Shown one piece after another: positions 11,851 to 24,644 of a DNA stretch of 64,000 nucleotides. The stretch spans positions 4,597,366-4,661,365 of the forward strand of contig MU056050.1 in assembly GCA_013239625.1 (NCBI GenBank), written 5' to 3'. Below the pieces are notes generated by a model. That model was not told where the DNA came from and searched no databases. It saw only the letters and a list, made by a program, of their open reading frames with translations. How positions within the stretch are numbered: position 1 is the first letter of the stretch; the number at the start of each line of letters is the position of its first letter. The DNA is from Lama guanicoe (lineage: Eukaryota). The position numbers were made by a program, and so were the translations under genes.

Positions 11851-12844
11851 ATATGATCTAATTTCCTTCTCTTTGCTTATCTCTGTTTTTGAATTTTTAT
11901 AATAAATTTTATAATAAACCTTTTAACTTTTGTCATGAAAAGTAAGATTTGGGGTAAAAAGGATATCATATATGATTTCTAAGGTCTCTTTCAACTCTAC
12001 ATTCCAATGAAGCAAGTGCATAATATAATAACAAACAGAATGATAGAGATATTTTATAACCACAATTTTAAATAAAGAGTACTCAGAGAGAGAAAAACAA
12101 TTAAGTGTGAGGGGAAGAGTTATAGAGGTTTATGGCAAAAGGTTAAGTCAGACACACTCAGGGGCACTATACCTTAGCAACATGTTGTTTCTGGATCCTT
12201 TGTGAAATGAGGCCCCACTTTAGTGGTGTTAGCCAAGATCTGATATTTGGCTGTACTCTTGTTTTCACAAGACATTGAGCATCAGTGAGTTGTGGGGTTG
12301 GAGGTGGGGGCGCCAAGATGGGCTAGGAATCAGGAGGCTGAGCAAAAAATGGGATCTGGCCTAGACAACAGGTTCAGGCAGGCAAGGAGTCAGATCCAGA
12401 CAGGTCAGCTTAAGCAGCATGACACAGGTAGGCATATTCAGTGTAACTTTCATATATCCATCCTTTTTAACATCACAGTTCTTGATTTCCCATTAAACTG
12501 CAATGATTCTAGTTTTAATTCCAGCAGCCTGGACCAGCATGTGTTCACTGTAGCCAGAAAAATGTCAGAAGCATGTAGGTGAGTCATGTTTCTGATCTAG
12601 GCAGGAACCAAGGTGCTAGGATTATCACAATATTTGGCTCAGTATCTTGGCCTTCTAGACTGTTTCCTGTTGAATGTGAGCAATTTAAAAATAGGAGGTT
12701 AAGACTGGCGTGGATGACTTAAGCATTTTAAAACTGCATATAACCTAACCCTGATGGCAGAGTATTGAACATAAATTGTTTTCTATAACTTACTATGATA
12801 ATCACACTTTAAAATGATTGTTAAGAGCAGGTGCACCAAGAATA

Positions 12845-13035
12845 TGGTTGCGCAGTTTGCACACTGCACAAGGGTGTCTAGCCAAAGGAGTACAAACTAA
12901 GGATTGAAATTCAGTTTGTACTCTGCTTGGTAAGCAGTATACCTGAGGAGAGGCAACTTCTAATTTGTCCACCCAGAGTGAGTACCTTTTTCTAATTTGT
13001 CCACAAAGGCAGCAGAGAGTAGTTGTGGTTCAGAT
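12845..13035. mobile_element. hAT-Tip100 MER91-like DNA transposon relic
   Basis: gcgcagtttgcacactgcacaaggg resembles the recalled MER91 motif; internal repeat of ttctaatttgtccac. Confidence 0.45.
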
Positions 13036-13654
13036 TAATAACCAGTGAGTAGAAATACCTTCATATTCAGTAAGACTGGAAAATCATTCAAAAGCATGAG
13101 CCTAGTTTAGAGAAACCACAATGTGGATGTTGATAGAATTAAAAAATAATTGTCATTCAACATGATCAGCAAATGATCAAAGACCAGCAGGCTTTCAACT
13201 GCAAATTACCTGCTAAAAAGCTACCATTAGACATAGAAAATGGATTCATATGAAAGAGTAAATTACAAATAAATTGGCAAAAGGCAGTTGTTTTAATGGT
13301 ATTTTACAAAGAAAAAGTCCCATAAAGCAGCTCTCTTCCACCTGTATAAAAAATATTTTTAATGGGAATAATGTAGAAATATAGCTAGAACCCTAAAACC
13401 CAAACACTAGGCTAGCATGTCAAACATACTTTGGAAAATTGCTGCTATGACTTATCCTACTGAAATATTAAAAGTAATAACACTGCAATTCACAACCATC
13501 CAATATAATGAGACCCTAAATATGGACTAAATACAGGTCAGTATGAAATCTACCTTTAAAGCATTTGTTAAATATACGGAGTAAATTTATGAATGAGTCA
13601 CTTTACATGAGCAAAATAATTTTGCTCCCTGAAAAATTTAGTATGCTGCATTTT

Positions 13655-13787
13655 CATGTATTTATTTTGGGGGGAGGTAATTAGGTTCTTATTTATTTAC
13701 TTATTATTTCAATGGGGGTACTGGGGATTGAACCCAGGACCTCATGCACATGAAACAAGCACTCTACAGACTAAGCTATACCCTATC
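13655..13787 (-). mobile_element. tRNA-Ala-derived camelid SINE (vic-1 type)
   Basis: Reverse strand reads gggtatagcttagtctgtagagtgcttg...gaggtcctgggttcaatccccagtacc (A and B boxes) plus the aacctaattacctcccccc tail shared with the other copies. Confidence 0.85.
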
Positions 13788-14362
13788 TTGCTATTTTATT
13801 TTTATTTTTTTAAAGGTGAGATAGCATCGAGGTCCTTAAATGGAAATTCATCATGCCACTCAGCTGTATTCACGTTTCTAGTGAAGAAGCTTATTTAACA
13901 ATTTCTTAGAAGATGTCTCTTGGGTTTAGCTGCAGGCAGGAAATGATGTATAATTAGCACTTTTATGTGGCATTAACAAACAATCTTGTTAGTTCATTAC
14001 TTTTTAATATTTGCATCAGTCTTCTGAAAGCAGATTAAGAGCAACTGTAATTTCCATATGCAAGATTCGTTAACTACAAAAGCTCAGAAAATGTTCACTT
14101 TAATCGAAACCATGCTTCAATGTTGTATCTTCAGTTTCCTTTCTTCCCACATTCCTTTTCAGTCTATCAAGACCAACCCCAGGAATTTAGGAAGATTTTA
14201 TTTTAAATGAATGAAATAGACATTTTAGTTTGGTCTGGGTACTTACAAATAAAAATAGACCAAAAATTAACAAATATTTTGTTTTGTCACTGATCCACAT
14301 GACAAATGTTATCAGTGATTTGTTGCATTTTCAATGGAAGGCTGTTATGGGTAAAACCTTTT

Positions 14363-15769
14363 ATTTATTTATTTTTTTTAACATTTTTTATTGATTTATA
14401 ATCATTTTACAATGTTGTGTCAAATTCCAGTGTAGAGCACAATTTTTCAGTTATACATGAACATACATATATTCATTGTCACATTTTTTTTCTCTGCGAG
14501 CTACCATAAGATCTTGTGTATATTTCCCTGTGCTATACAGTATAATCTTGTTTATCTATTCCACAATTTTGAAATCCCGTCTATCCCTTCCCACCCTCCG
14601 CCCCCTTGGCAACTACAAGTTTGGATTCTATGAGTCTGTTTCTGTTTTGTATTTATGCTTTGTTTGTTTGTTTTTGTTTGTTTTTTTTAGATCCCACATA
14701 TGAGCGATCTCATATGGTATTTTTCTTTCTCTTTCTGGCTTACTTCACTTAGAATGATATTCTCCAGGAGCATCCATGTTGCTGCAAATGGCATTATGTT
14801 GTCAGGTTTTATGACTGACTAGTATTCCATTGTATAAATATACTACTTCTTTTTTCTCCAGTTATCCTTTGATGGACATTTAGGCTGTTTCCATGCCTTG
14901 GCTATTGTAAATAGTGCTGCTATGAACACTGGGGTGCAGGTGTCATCCTGAAGTAGGGTTCCTTCTGGATATATGCCCAGGAGTGGGATTCCTGGATCAT
15001 ATGGTAAGTCTATTCCTAGTCTTTTGAAGAATCTCCATACTGTTTTCCACAGTGGCTGCACCAAACTGCATTCCCACCAGCAGTGTAGGAGGGTTCCCTT
15101 TCCTCCACAGCCTCTCCAGTATTTGTTATTTGTAGACTTTTGAATGATGGCCATTCTGACTGGTGTGAGGTGATACCTCATTGTAGTTTTGATTTGCATT
15201 TCTCTGATAATTAGTGATATTGAGCATTTTTTCATGTGCCTATTGATCATTTGTATGTCTTCCTTGGACAATTGCTTGTTTAGGTCTTCTGCCCATTTTT
15301 GGATTGGGTTGTTTATTTTTTTCTTATTGAGTCATATGAGCTGCTTATATATTCTGGAGATCAAGCCTTTGTCGGTCTCACTTGCAAAAATTTTCTCCCA
15401 TTCCGTAGGTTGTCTTTATGTTTTACTTATGGTTTCCTTTGCTGTGCAGAAGCTTGTAAGTTTCATTAGGTCCCATTTGTTTATTCTTGCTTTTATTTCT
15501 ATTGCTTGGGTAGACTGTTCTAGGAGAACATTTTTGAGATGTATGTCAGATAATGTTTTGCCTATAATTTCTTCAAGGAGATTTATTGTATCTTGTCTTA
15601 TGTTTAAGTCTTTGATCCATTTTGAGTTTATTTTTGTTTATGGTGTAAGGGACTGTTCTAGCTTCATTGCTTTACATGCTGCTGTCCAGTTTTCCCAGCA
15701 CCATTTGCTGAAGAGACTGTCTTTATTCCATTGTATATTCTTGCCTCCTTTGTCGAAGATTAGTTGACT
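14363..15769 (-). mobile_element. Relatively young 5'-truncated L1 (ORF2 C-terminus, 3' UTR, polyA) with perfect 13-bp TSD
   Basis: ORF 14843..15271(-) has [15 protein letters not shown] and CWRGCG-like/[13 protein letters not shown]2 motifs; TSD GGTAAAACCTTTT at 14350-14362 and 15770-15782. Confidence 0.95.
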
Positions 15770-16543
15770 GGTAAAACCTTTTAAAGTTAAAACAGGTTAA
15801 ATTTGAAGTTCTGGCTTTGAGGAAGTCATGGTAAAAGAGGATGATTACAACTATGGGAAACAGTGGCATAAATAATACTTAGATATTGTATTTATTAAAT
15901 GTCTTAATCTTTCCTAGGCAAAGCTGCATCAATGCTACTTGAGTTGCACTTTCTGCACACATGTGCTACATATTATAGGCACTTCCGATCTGTTTTAGGT
16001 ACATTAAATGAATCTGATTTTACCCACAGATAACATTCGAAGATCACCAGGGCTAAAGGGTTGTGCAAAGAGGAAGAATAGCACAAAGTAAGGTAGGAAA
16101 CGTAAACAGATCCAGACTATGCAGAGACTCGTGGACATGCAGGGCTCAAATTTTATTCTAAGTGCAATTGCAAAGGCATAAATGGAGAAACAACCCTGAC
16201 TTACTTGACTATTTAGAAGCAGGCATGAGCGATGTCTTCATGCACGCAGAGTGAAGTCATGTGATGGTATAAACTCCCTTCCAGGTCTCCATATACAACC
16301 TACAGTAAATTCACCAAACAGTACTGCACTCGAAGCTGCTCCCTGTACCTAGATATTACTCCACCCCCAAGTGGAAAGAATTCAATTATTTTTATTTGAA
16401 ATGTAACATCAATATATATATCCCTAAAATTAGATGCACTATTTTGTTCTTTGTACTCCTACAAACATTAAGAGCAAACTTCTATTTGATAACTTATTTT
16501 TCCTCTGAAATACTACACTAAAAGCATAAGACTTTATGTCTTT

Positions 16544-16668
16544 ATTTTATTTTATTGGGGGGGAAGGTAATTAGGTTGATTTATTTTTAGAGGAGGTACT
16601 GGGGATTGAACCCAGGACCTCATGCATGCTAAGAATGCACTCTACTGCATAAGCTATACCCTCCCCCC
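16544..16668 (-). mobile_element. tRNA-Ala-derived camelid SINE (vic-1 type), full length with TSD
   Basis: ggggattgaacccaggacctcatgcatgctaag; TSD aagacttt(a/t)tgtcttt at 16528-16543 and 16669-16684 (15/16 match). Confidence 0.9.
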
Positions 16669-17683
16669 AAGACTTTTTGTCTTTGAATGATGACTATATA
16701 TTAAAACCCAGGGAGCCTCTCTGGATCCAGAATCAAACACATCTAGCATCTAAACAGAACATTCACCCACCCTTCACTAGATTGTTTGGCTACCAACACA
16801 GTCTGCTCAATTTGTTGTAAACAGAAACACCTGTGTCTTATTTCATTTCAAGATGCTAGAAAGCTGAATTTTCCCTTCCTATACTTTATGTGCTTGATTC
16901 TTCAAAATGAGACAGAGGAGTTACCTAACATTTCTCTCATTAAATTCTCTTTTGTTGATTCAAGCCCATTATTATAATCTCGGCTATTCAAAAAATGTTT
17001 ACCTCCAGGTAGTAACATATCCTTTTATGCTTACATCAAGGTAATCTTTGCATGGGAAATGTGGACTTTGTTCAATGCAGAGTCCTGAGGCATTCCACTA
17101 GTGACCTGCCTCAATTAATCAATATTATGAGTATCTGGCCATTTAACCAGTTGGAATACATCCAACTGCACAATAAGCTATTTTCCTATCTTTCCCAGCA
17201 CATGTAATGAAAGATTTTGTTCAAAGACTTTTTAGTAATCAAGACATACTATGAATATGGCATTTTCCCTTTAAATAGATCACATTTAAATTTTCACTCA
17301 TGATAATGATTAATATTATCTAGAAGGGAAACAGGAACCTTCATTTTTATATCATTGTCTCCTTAAACCATGTACATTCCTGACTATTATAGGGAAGAGG
17401 AAAGAGCATCCATTGAAAGTGCACTATTAATTGATAAGGTCTTATTTGAGCAGAAAATGGGCATACGTATAATATATTAGACACTCAGAAATAACCTAGT
17501 CCGAACATCTTATTCTGTGTTCAAGGAATGTCATGGTCACACAGGCCAAGAACGTAGGCTTCCTAACTCAAATTCCAGGGCTTTGTCACCTCAGGGTGCT
17601 TTTAAGAAGAAAAACAGTAAGGGATTCTATGGGTACCAATGCAGACGCCATCACCTAACCACTGCCAAACTAGACGCTAAAGA

Positions 17684-17731
17684 AGATAGAACATTACAAG
17701 ATGAAACAGATAGAACATTACAAGATGAAAC
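17684..17731. repeat. Perfect 24-bp tandem duplication
   Basis: agatagaacattacaagatgaaac twice in a row. Confidence 0.95.
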
Positions 17732-18779
17732 AATTGCCTTCAAAAAGTGTACAATCCAGTGACATTACTACATAACAGAAAGCCGTGATAATGCTGTATC
17801 CAGAAGTAGGGCTCATATTTACATTGTTAATTTGAGAATTTTAAAAATAAATGTTTATGCTGGGGGAAGGTGCAGGTTTTAAAAAGTCACACACTTCAAT
17901 CTGCATAGCAGTAAGTCAACTTATACCTGCATTTAAATAACTACATAGTATGTACACAAACTAGATTCAGGAGACAAATTGAAGTGACATCTTTCCACTT
18001 TAAATGAAAAACATCTTTGGTAATAAATGAAACAAATATTTTCCAAAGTAATTTCCTCTGTGGAAACAGAAAGGATCACAAGCTAAATGTGCCTTCAGTG
18101 AATGACTCTGTCCCCTGCCCCAACTCAACTCAGCCGATGGGGTATTTTCTTTCCTCTGCTTTTGTTTCCCTGTTTCTTGCGATTTAAACTTTTCTAGTTT
18201 TCTCTAAGCAACATATTTATTATATATGTTTACCCAGAACAGCTGCTTTCCTGAATGTATAGAGGCTTTGTTGTAATTTTCTAGAAAAGTTACCAGCTTC
18301 CACATTGCATGTAGGGCTGCATCAGACAGCATGATCATTGCTACCCAGAGAGTGTGAGTTTCCTATTTTTATCAGTAACTGATTATCTCACCCCAGAATT
18401 TCTGAGAATCGTGTATATTTCATAGTTTGGAGACTTTATCCACCTGAGTCTTGATATTTATTGGAATTCAGTTTTCCTATCATCAATAATGAACTACCAA
18501 GAAAAGATCCACAAGCTTAAGAAAAGGAGGAGTCATGAGAGGTAGGTGAACAATGCAAATGAGATTATGTGCTTTTTTCTCTTAGACGGTATTTTAGAAC
18601 TGAGAAATCATTGCAATTAGAATTATTAGTGTCATTTAGAAAAATTCCTGTTTTTATTATTTTAGTGGGAAGGACTTCTTACTAATATTAGGATGAACTA
18701 TTAAATTGCAGGGTCACTATTTTTGATTGACAAAAAGGGCAATTTCATGAACCAGGTAGGTTTTTGGAAAAGTTTTATA

Positions 18780-18960
18780 TCTTACTTTCTAAATTGAGAT
18801 ATAATTCCTAAATCCATAAAATTCACCCTTTTAACTTACATGAGTCAGTGATTTTTAATTCACAAGATTGTATAATCATCACCACCAATTCTGTAATATT
18901 TACATTGCTCCCAAAAGAAACCTCATAGCCATTAGCAGTCACCCTCCACTTTCCTTCATT
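18780..18960 (-). mobile_element. Old L1 3'-end fragment
   Basis: attgagatataattc...ataaaattcaccctttt...ccaaaagaaacctcatagccattagcagtcac, typical antisense L1M 3' UTR. Confidence 0.7.
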
Positions 18961-19234
18961 CTTGTATTCATTTATGAAAAGTTTTTGAGCACAAAACAGG
19001 AAAGGGATTAAGAAACAGAGTTCATTTGGGTGCATGGAAGCATATGCTAAATGCTGTAAGAAAATCAGACATCGTGATGAGTTAAAAGGTTGACAAGCCA
19101 ATTCTAATATTTGCAGTCAGAGAAGAATTCCTGGAAATGACTTATGTTTGAATAGGACATTGAAATATTGGTAGAATTTCTCCAGATGGAGGTAAGGATT
19201 TACTCAAGCAAAAAGTACATGGGATTTACCATTA

Positions 19235-19440
19235 GACAGTTCTGAGTTCAAATTCCAGTTCCAACATTTACTAACAGTGGCAATCTGCATAATGTATTTA
19301 ATTTCTCAGGGTCTAAAAGTACTATTTTGTAAAAATGGGGATATAACTACATTGTGGGATTGTTGTAAAGATTATAGAAACTTTATATAAAGACGTTAGT
19401 GTAATTCTTGGCATGTACACCTGTGCCTATAATGGTAATT
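19235..19440 (+). mobile_element. MIR SINE
   Basis: ctgagttcaaattccagttcc...tgtaaaaatggggata...gattgttgtaaagatta. Confidence 0.65.
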
Positions 19441-19568
19441 AGCAACAAGTGTCAATACTGATATTATTGGAAGAAAAACAGACCAAACTGCTATACATTA
19501 AAATAGGATGAAAGCACCACCATTTAACCCTCTGAGCCATGGCTTCCCTTCTCTAGGTCTGCACATTA

Positions 19569-19775
19569 CAGTCTGGTAAATGTTTAACAACTGGGTCTGG
19601 ATTTGGTGGGAAAGAGAAAGCCTCGCTATATAGCATTTGGTGATTCCTTGGTATAAATACTCCTACCATAGCCTGTTTCAAGCTATTGTTTAACAAGTGG
19701 CACAGATATTTCCTTCAATTTAAAAAATGGGCTGTTGTGAGCCAAGCCGCCGTAAACAGCTCCAGCACACCACCG
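19569..19775. mobile_element. hAT-Blackjack MER63-like element
   Basis: ctggtaaatgtttaacaac at one end and gctccagcacaccaccg at the other resemble recalled MER63 termini. Confidence 0.6.
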
Positions 19776-20988
19776 CTCATAGTGCACAAAAACACTAATA
19801 GCCTCATTGTCAGTTAATTGGAAAATTGGTCTTTTAAATATTTTATATTATGCCCAAATCCTTGATGGATTATTACATAGGTGTTTAATAGCACTTTAGG
19901 AATATTTCAGGAAAATGATTAGTGTTACTAGCTGAGATGGAAACACGTTATTATTTTTCTCATTAAAAACAATGAAATATAGCATTATGCTTTTAAAAAA
20001 TTTACTCTTACTGTGTTTTTCAGAAGACATCCAATTCATATAATGAGAGATGCCTGGAGTGTCAAAACCAGCATAAGTAACCTTAGTCATAGAGTATCAA
20101 CTCTGGATGGATACTAGGATCATCTAGCATAGTGTTTTCAAACTAAGCTGAGTCTCATACAATATATATTGGAAACGTATTTGTTACTGTGGGTCTCAAA
20201 ACAATTTGGAGCATCACTGATCTAAATCAAATAAGAAGATTGATGTTTGGAGAGAGGAAGTGAGTAGTCCAAGGTCTCACAGCCAAGTTAGTGGCAGAAC
20301 TGATATTGGAACTCAGATTGATTATTTGTTCATAGCTCTTTCTCATACACCATGACTTGGCATCTTATGTTTCAAATCACCCTGTGAAATATGTAAACTG
20401 AAACCAATAAATGCAACCTATTCAATTAAAATTGCATTAAAATACTTGTTCTTCTCTTCTCTCTCTTTCTCTTTTTCAGTCTGCTCTATTGCCTTGTATT
20501 TTGCTTTAGTGTGCTTGAATTCATGTTTTTATAGTCACCATGATTGGAACTCTTTATTGATCTATTTTGAGATTGGGCAATGTTTGGGATAGAGAGCATT
20601 CTCAATCAATATTGAGCCATTCATCTGGACTTAAAAGGACTCCTTTCTGTTTTCTGCACTTCTTTTCTCTAGAAGTTGGAAGACTGGATTGCTTTCACAA
20701 TTTTTAGTTCCTCGCTCTTTAGTACAACTAGTTCTCTGAAAGGTATATCCATAGAAATGTGCTTGAGTCCTAGACTAAAAGCCAGTTTATTTTAAAGGGC
20801 CAGACACAGCTTTTTTCCCCTATTTTACACTGTATAATATTTTATCACATTGAAATGTAAGAAAAATAATTTCACTGTAATTCCTGTTTCTTTGCTATGA
20901 GAGAATCTCTCAACAGTAGTGGTGACTTCCTCTGTTTTTGTTTCTGTTCTTCTTTCCATGCATTTTTGGATTGTCTTGCTTTTAAAAC

Positions 20989-21042
20989 TACACACAGACA
21001 CACACACACACACACACTTTGCTCGCACACACACACAGACAC
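20989..21042. repeat. Interrupted (CA)n microsatellite
   Basis: Read directly. Confidence 0.9.
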
Positions 21043-21639
21043 ATTTTTTTTACATTAAATCTAAGCTGAAGAATTTGGTGTGAGTTTTTAACATGCAACT
21101 TAATTTCTTCTCTAAGTTCGTAAAGGTATGGGCTGCCAGAGGTCTCTTTCACCCTAGTTTTGCATATATCTGAAATGCTATGGGAGAACTAAATCATTCT
21201 TTTTCCAGAACTTTTACAACAGCTTGCAAAGACACAGAATTTAAAAGAGGAATTAAAAATAGGAACAAAGGAGGAAAATGCCCCTGCTGGAGTGCTAGAT
21301 ACTTGCTATGGTTGAGCAGAAATGTTTATGATCTTTCTAACTGAGACAGTTCTATTTTGTGCTGTCCATAGACTATAATCAGGGCTGATATTCAACTAGT
21401 GCACACCAGTACAGCCATAGGGGCTGTTTATGACTGGTCTCCCCTCTGATTGGTTGAAGGTCTATATCAGACCTGTTATTAAATCTTTTGACTCTCACTT
21501 CTGATATTGACCAATTGTTCAGGACATTCAAATACTATTCTTTGTCCTAAGGAGAGTTAACAATGTTTCCATATGAAAAGGATGCTCAGTAGAATAAAAT
21601 AACAGCAACATTAATAGCAACAAAGGCATTGGCTATCAG

Positions 21640-21860
21640 TTAGGCAGTACTTCTGTCTGTTCAGCATTTGGTCTAGGTACTTTACATGTATCGTCTCACT
21701 TAATTTCTCCAAAACCTTTATGAGAACAATTCAATTTTACAGATGAGGAAACTAAATTAGGGTGATGTTAAATAACTAAAGACACATAACTAATGAGTAT
21801 TAAAGCTGGATTCTTACACAGTTTAGCTCCAGAGTTATTTGACTTAACACCTACCATGTA
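21640..21860 (-). mobile_element. MIR SINE
   Basis: attttacagatgaggaaact core in antisense orientation. Confidence 0.75.
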
Positions 21861-22414
21861 GTGAAGTTGTGATTACTGAATAAAATACTAATGTTAATTA
21901 CTTAATACTTATTTCATAGAAATTTTTTTTATAAACTACCTTGATTTAAGCCAGTAGCATTACATCAAAGTACATTCCACCAAAAATACATATTTTATAA
22001 AGGGAATATGGTATCTATGGCGTAATGCAAGCTGTGTCTCCTGGTGCTGGTGTGCTTGAATCAGCAGTGAACAGAGACCGTGCAGGAAGGACCTCTGCAC
22101 TGTCCCACCTCAAGGTCACCATTCATACTGCATTTTGTGAGAATAACTCCTCTTGGAGTTGTGCAATGTGGTCATTTTTGTAGGTATGTGAGGACTACAT
22201 GTGCCACAAATATCCTTCCCTGAGCCCAGAATAGCTAGCTTAGAAATTCTGTTGCTGTCTTTTGTGAGTTTAACTTGCATGCATTTCACTGGATTATGAA
22301 TATAGTTAATGTAACTTGTGATGTTCTTTTCTCCCGAAGAGGTCGCCTCAGGTGGCCCAGACAAGGAAGGTCATGAGTGCTGGGAGCAATAGGTTTTTGT
22401 TCTGCTTTGGTCCC

Positions 22415-22625
22415 ATAGTAGTTAAGAGTTCAGGTTTTGGAGTCAGACTGATCTGGGTTCAAGTCCCAGTAGCTGGCTCACAACTCAGTAGCTGTATGAC
22501 CTGGGGCAAGTCACTGAACCTCAATGTCATCATCTGTAAATGGGGATAATAAAGATGATAATCAAGTGAGATAATGTATTAAAGTCTCTAGCATAGTTCC
22601 AAGTATATAGTAGATGCTCAGTAAG
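22415..22625 (+). mobile_element. MIR SINE
   Basis: ttggagtcagact...ctgggttcaagtccc...tgacctggggcaagtcactgaacctc...catctgtaaatggggataata. Confidence 0.85.
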
Positions 22626-22835
22626 AACCAGAAAAGCATACTCTGAATTCTTCTGGAAGTTGCTTTTCTCATTCAGAGCTCTGTTTTTCTGTCAGCAAAT
22701 CATATTCACACATGAAGCTCTAGTTCATTCATTCTTATAATCTTAAATAGCACAGGATTCTGTAGTATAATTATGCATTAATTCATTCTTTTGTAGTTTT
22801 CATAGTTTTTTTGCTACAGTAAAAACTACTGCAAT

Positions 22836-22935
22836 CTGAAAAATATATCTGTATATGTATAACTGAATCACTTTGCTGTACACCTGAAACTAATACAACA
22901 TTGCAACTCAACTATACTTCAATCACATTTTTTTA
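22836..22935 (+). mobile_element. Short L1 3'-terminal fragment
   Basis: aactgaatcactttgctgtacacctgaaactaatacaacattg...actatacttcaat; flanked by imperfect tactgca repeats. Confidence 0.8.
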
Positions 22936-24496
22936 AAATACTGCAGTGTAAATTCTTGTGCTTGGACAGCAAATTACTTCTTAATGAGTCTTTAAGCAAT
23001 AAAGTATTATTTTAACTGTTTAAAATTTGTAGTATAGCAAACCTAATAGACATTGCCCAGACTTGTAGATTTGATAAGCTAATATTTATAGATGTTTTCA
23101 AAAGCACAGACAGCTTTGATCTGACAAAATGATGTATTAGTAATTTTCATCTATAAAAGGAGATAGAAAAGCAATTTATCATACTGATAAGGAGAAAATC
23201 TGTTTAATAATAATAAAAAAGCATATGATGGAAATCTTGATCTTTAAAAAACTGAGATGATTATTCTCACAAAACGAATATTTGCCATACAAATGTCCTA
23301 AAATCCCCTATTATGAGTCTCCTGCTGCGTGAATACAAATTGTAGAGTTCCCCTCAACCTCCCGCCCCGGCCCCCAAACTATGGCTTTCTGGTTGTTTCA
23401 TTTTGTCTTCATAGAACACCTTTTGAGGAAAGCATGTGTTACGAAGGTGTCAGTCTGTATGACAGCTGCAATGGGGATATAATTTCCTATAGCCATTTTT
23501 CTCTCTGGTGTGCAATTTGCGCTATAATATTCACCGCCGTGCCCCAGCTCCTGCTCTGGTTGCAAAAATACTGCCGCTGATCCTCCTGTCGGTGCTGGCC
23601 CGCTTCCCCTTTTCTCTCTGTTGGAAAATACTGGCCTCATTGAATAAAAGTCTCTGGTATGAGAGAGACTGTGTGGTGCTGAATCAACCTCTCTCATGAT
23701 TCATCCACTTGTTTTCCTTCATGAAGCTCTCCAGAAATGTCTTCCTCATGTCCCTCTACTCACAAAAAAAATCAAGTTAGCCATAGCTAGATATACCTTT
23801 CCGTATTTAATCAATTCTTGAAATCGAACGGAAGGGTAAAACACCTTCATAGCCCTAAAGACCTCTCTGTGACTTTTCTTTCATTCTTTTTTCTATTCAC
23901 TTAAAGAACAATAACAGTAAAAAAATAAAATAAAATAAAATAAAATAAAGCTGTCTAGGAAAAATAAACCCATGTTAATTACAGGATATCATTATTAATT
24001 ACACCATCACACCCTTCACTATATAGCAAAAACCAGCCACACTTTTTAAAGTTTAGTGCCATTGCAGTCACTGTTGCACTGATTCTAACAATTCTAAAAC
24101 TCACATTTTATACCACAAAGTCCCCATTTGAAAGGTTTTTAATGTATTCATTTATTTCTGTTTTTTCTTGGAAGCCTGGATATATTACACATCATCAGAA
24201 ATAATTTTTTATTTTCCATAACCTTATCTAATCTAAAACATATTTCCAATTCTTTATTAAATTTAAGTACAGATATAAGCTCATTATAACAATTATTTTT
24301 GATAAATTTGCTCCAGGACCTACATGCTCAGAGATGGACAAAAAGCATCAATCATCTTCAGGGCAGGACAGGTGTCAATTGACATTAACATATATGTGTC
24401 AGGCACTATGCTTAAGACATTCTTTTCTTTTTTCTGATTCTCAACTCTGGGTGTATGATAGAATCACCTAAATAGCTTTGAAAAAGTACTGATGCA

Positions 24497-24556
24497 AAAT
24501 TGACACAACATTGTAAAGTGACTGTACTTCAATAAAATATATATATACAAGAAAAA
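24497..24556 (+). mobile_element. About 60-bp L1 3'-terminal insertion with perfect 16-bp TSD
   Basis: aaattgacacaacattgtaaagtgactgtacttcaataaa plus A-rich tail, flanked by aaaaagtactgatgca at 24481-24496 and 24557-24572. Confidence 0.85.
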
Positions 24557-24644
24557 AAAAAGTACTGATGCAGAGAGCTTGGGTATGTTACTTATTACCT
24601 AGCCTCCCTTGGTTCCTGTCGATTTATTGTCTATGTTTTTTATT

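Noticed and set aside
15189..15767. 192-aa hydrophobic plus-strand ORF
   Set aside because: Antisense frame of L1 ORF2, a common artefact.
16590..16668. tRNA-Ala gene
   Set aside because: Followed by SINE tail and flanked by a TSD, with degenerate stems and several dispersed copies; it is a SINE head.
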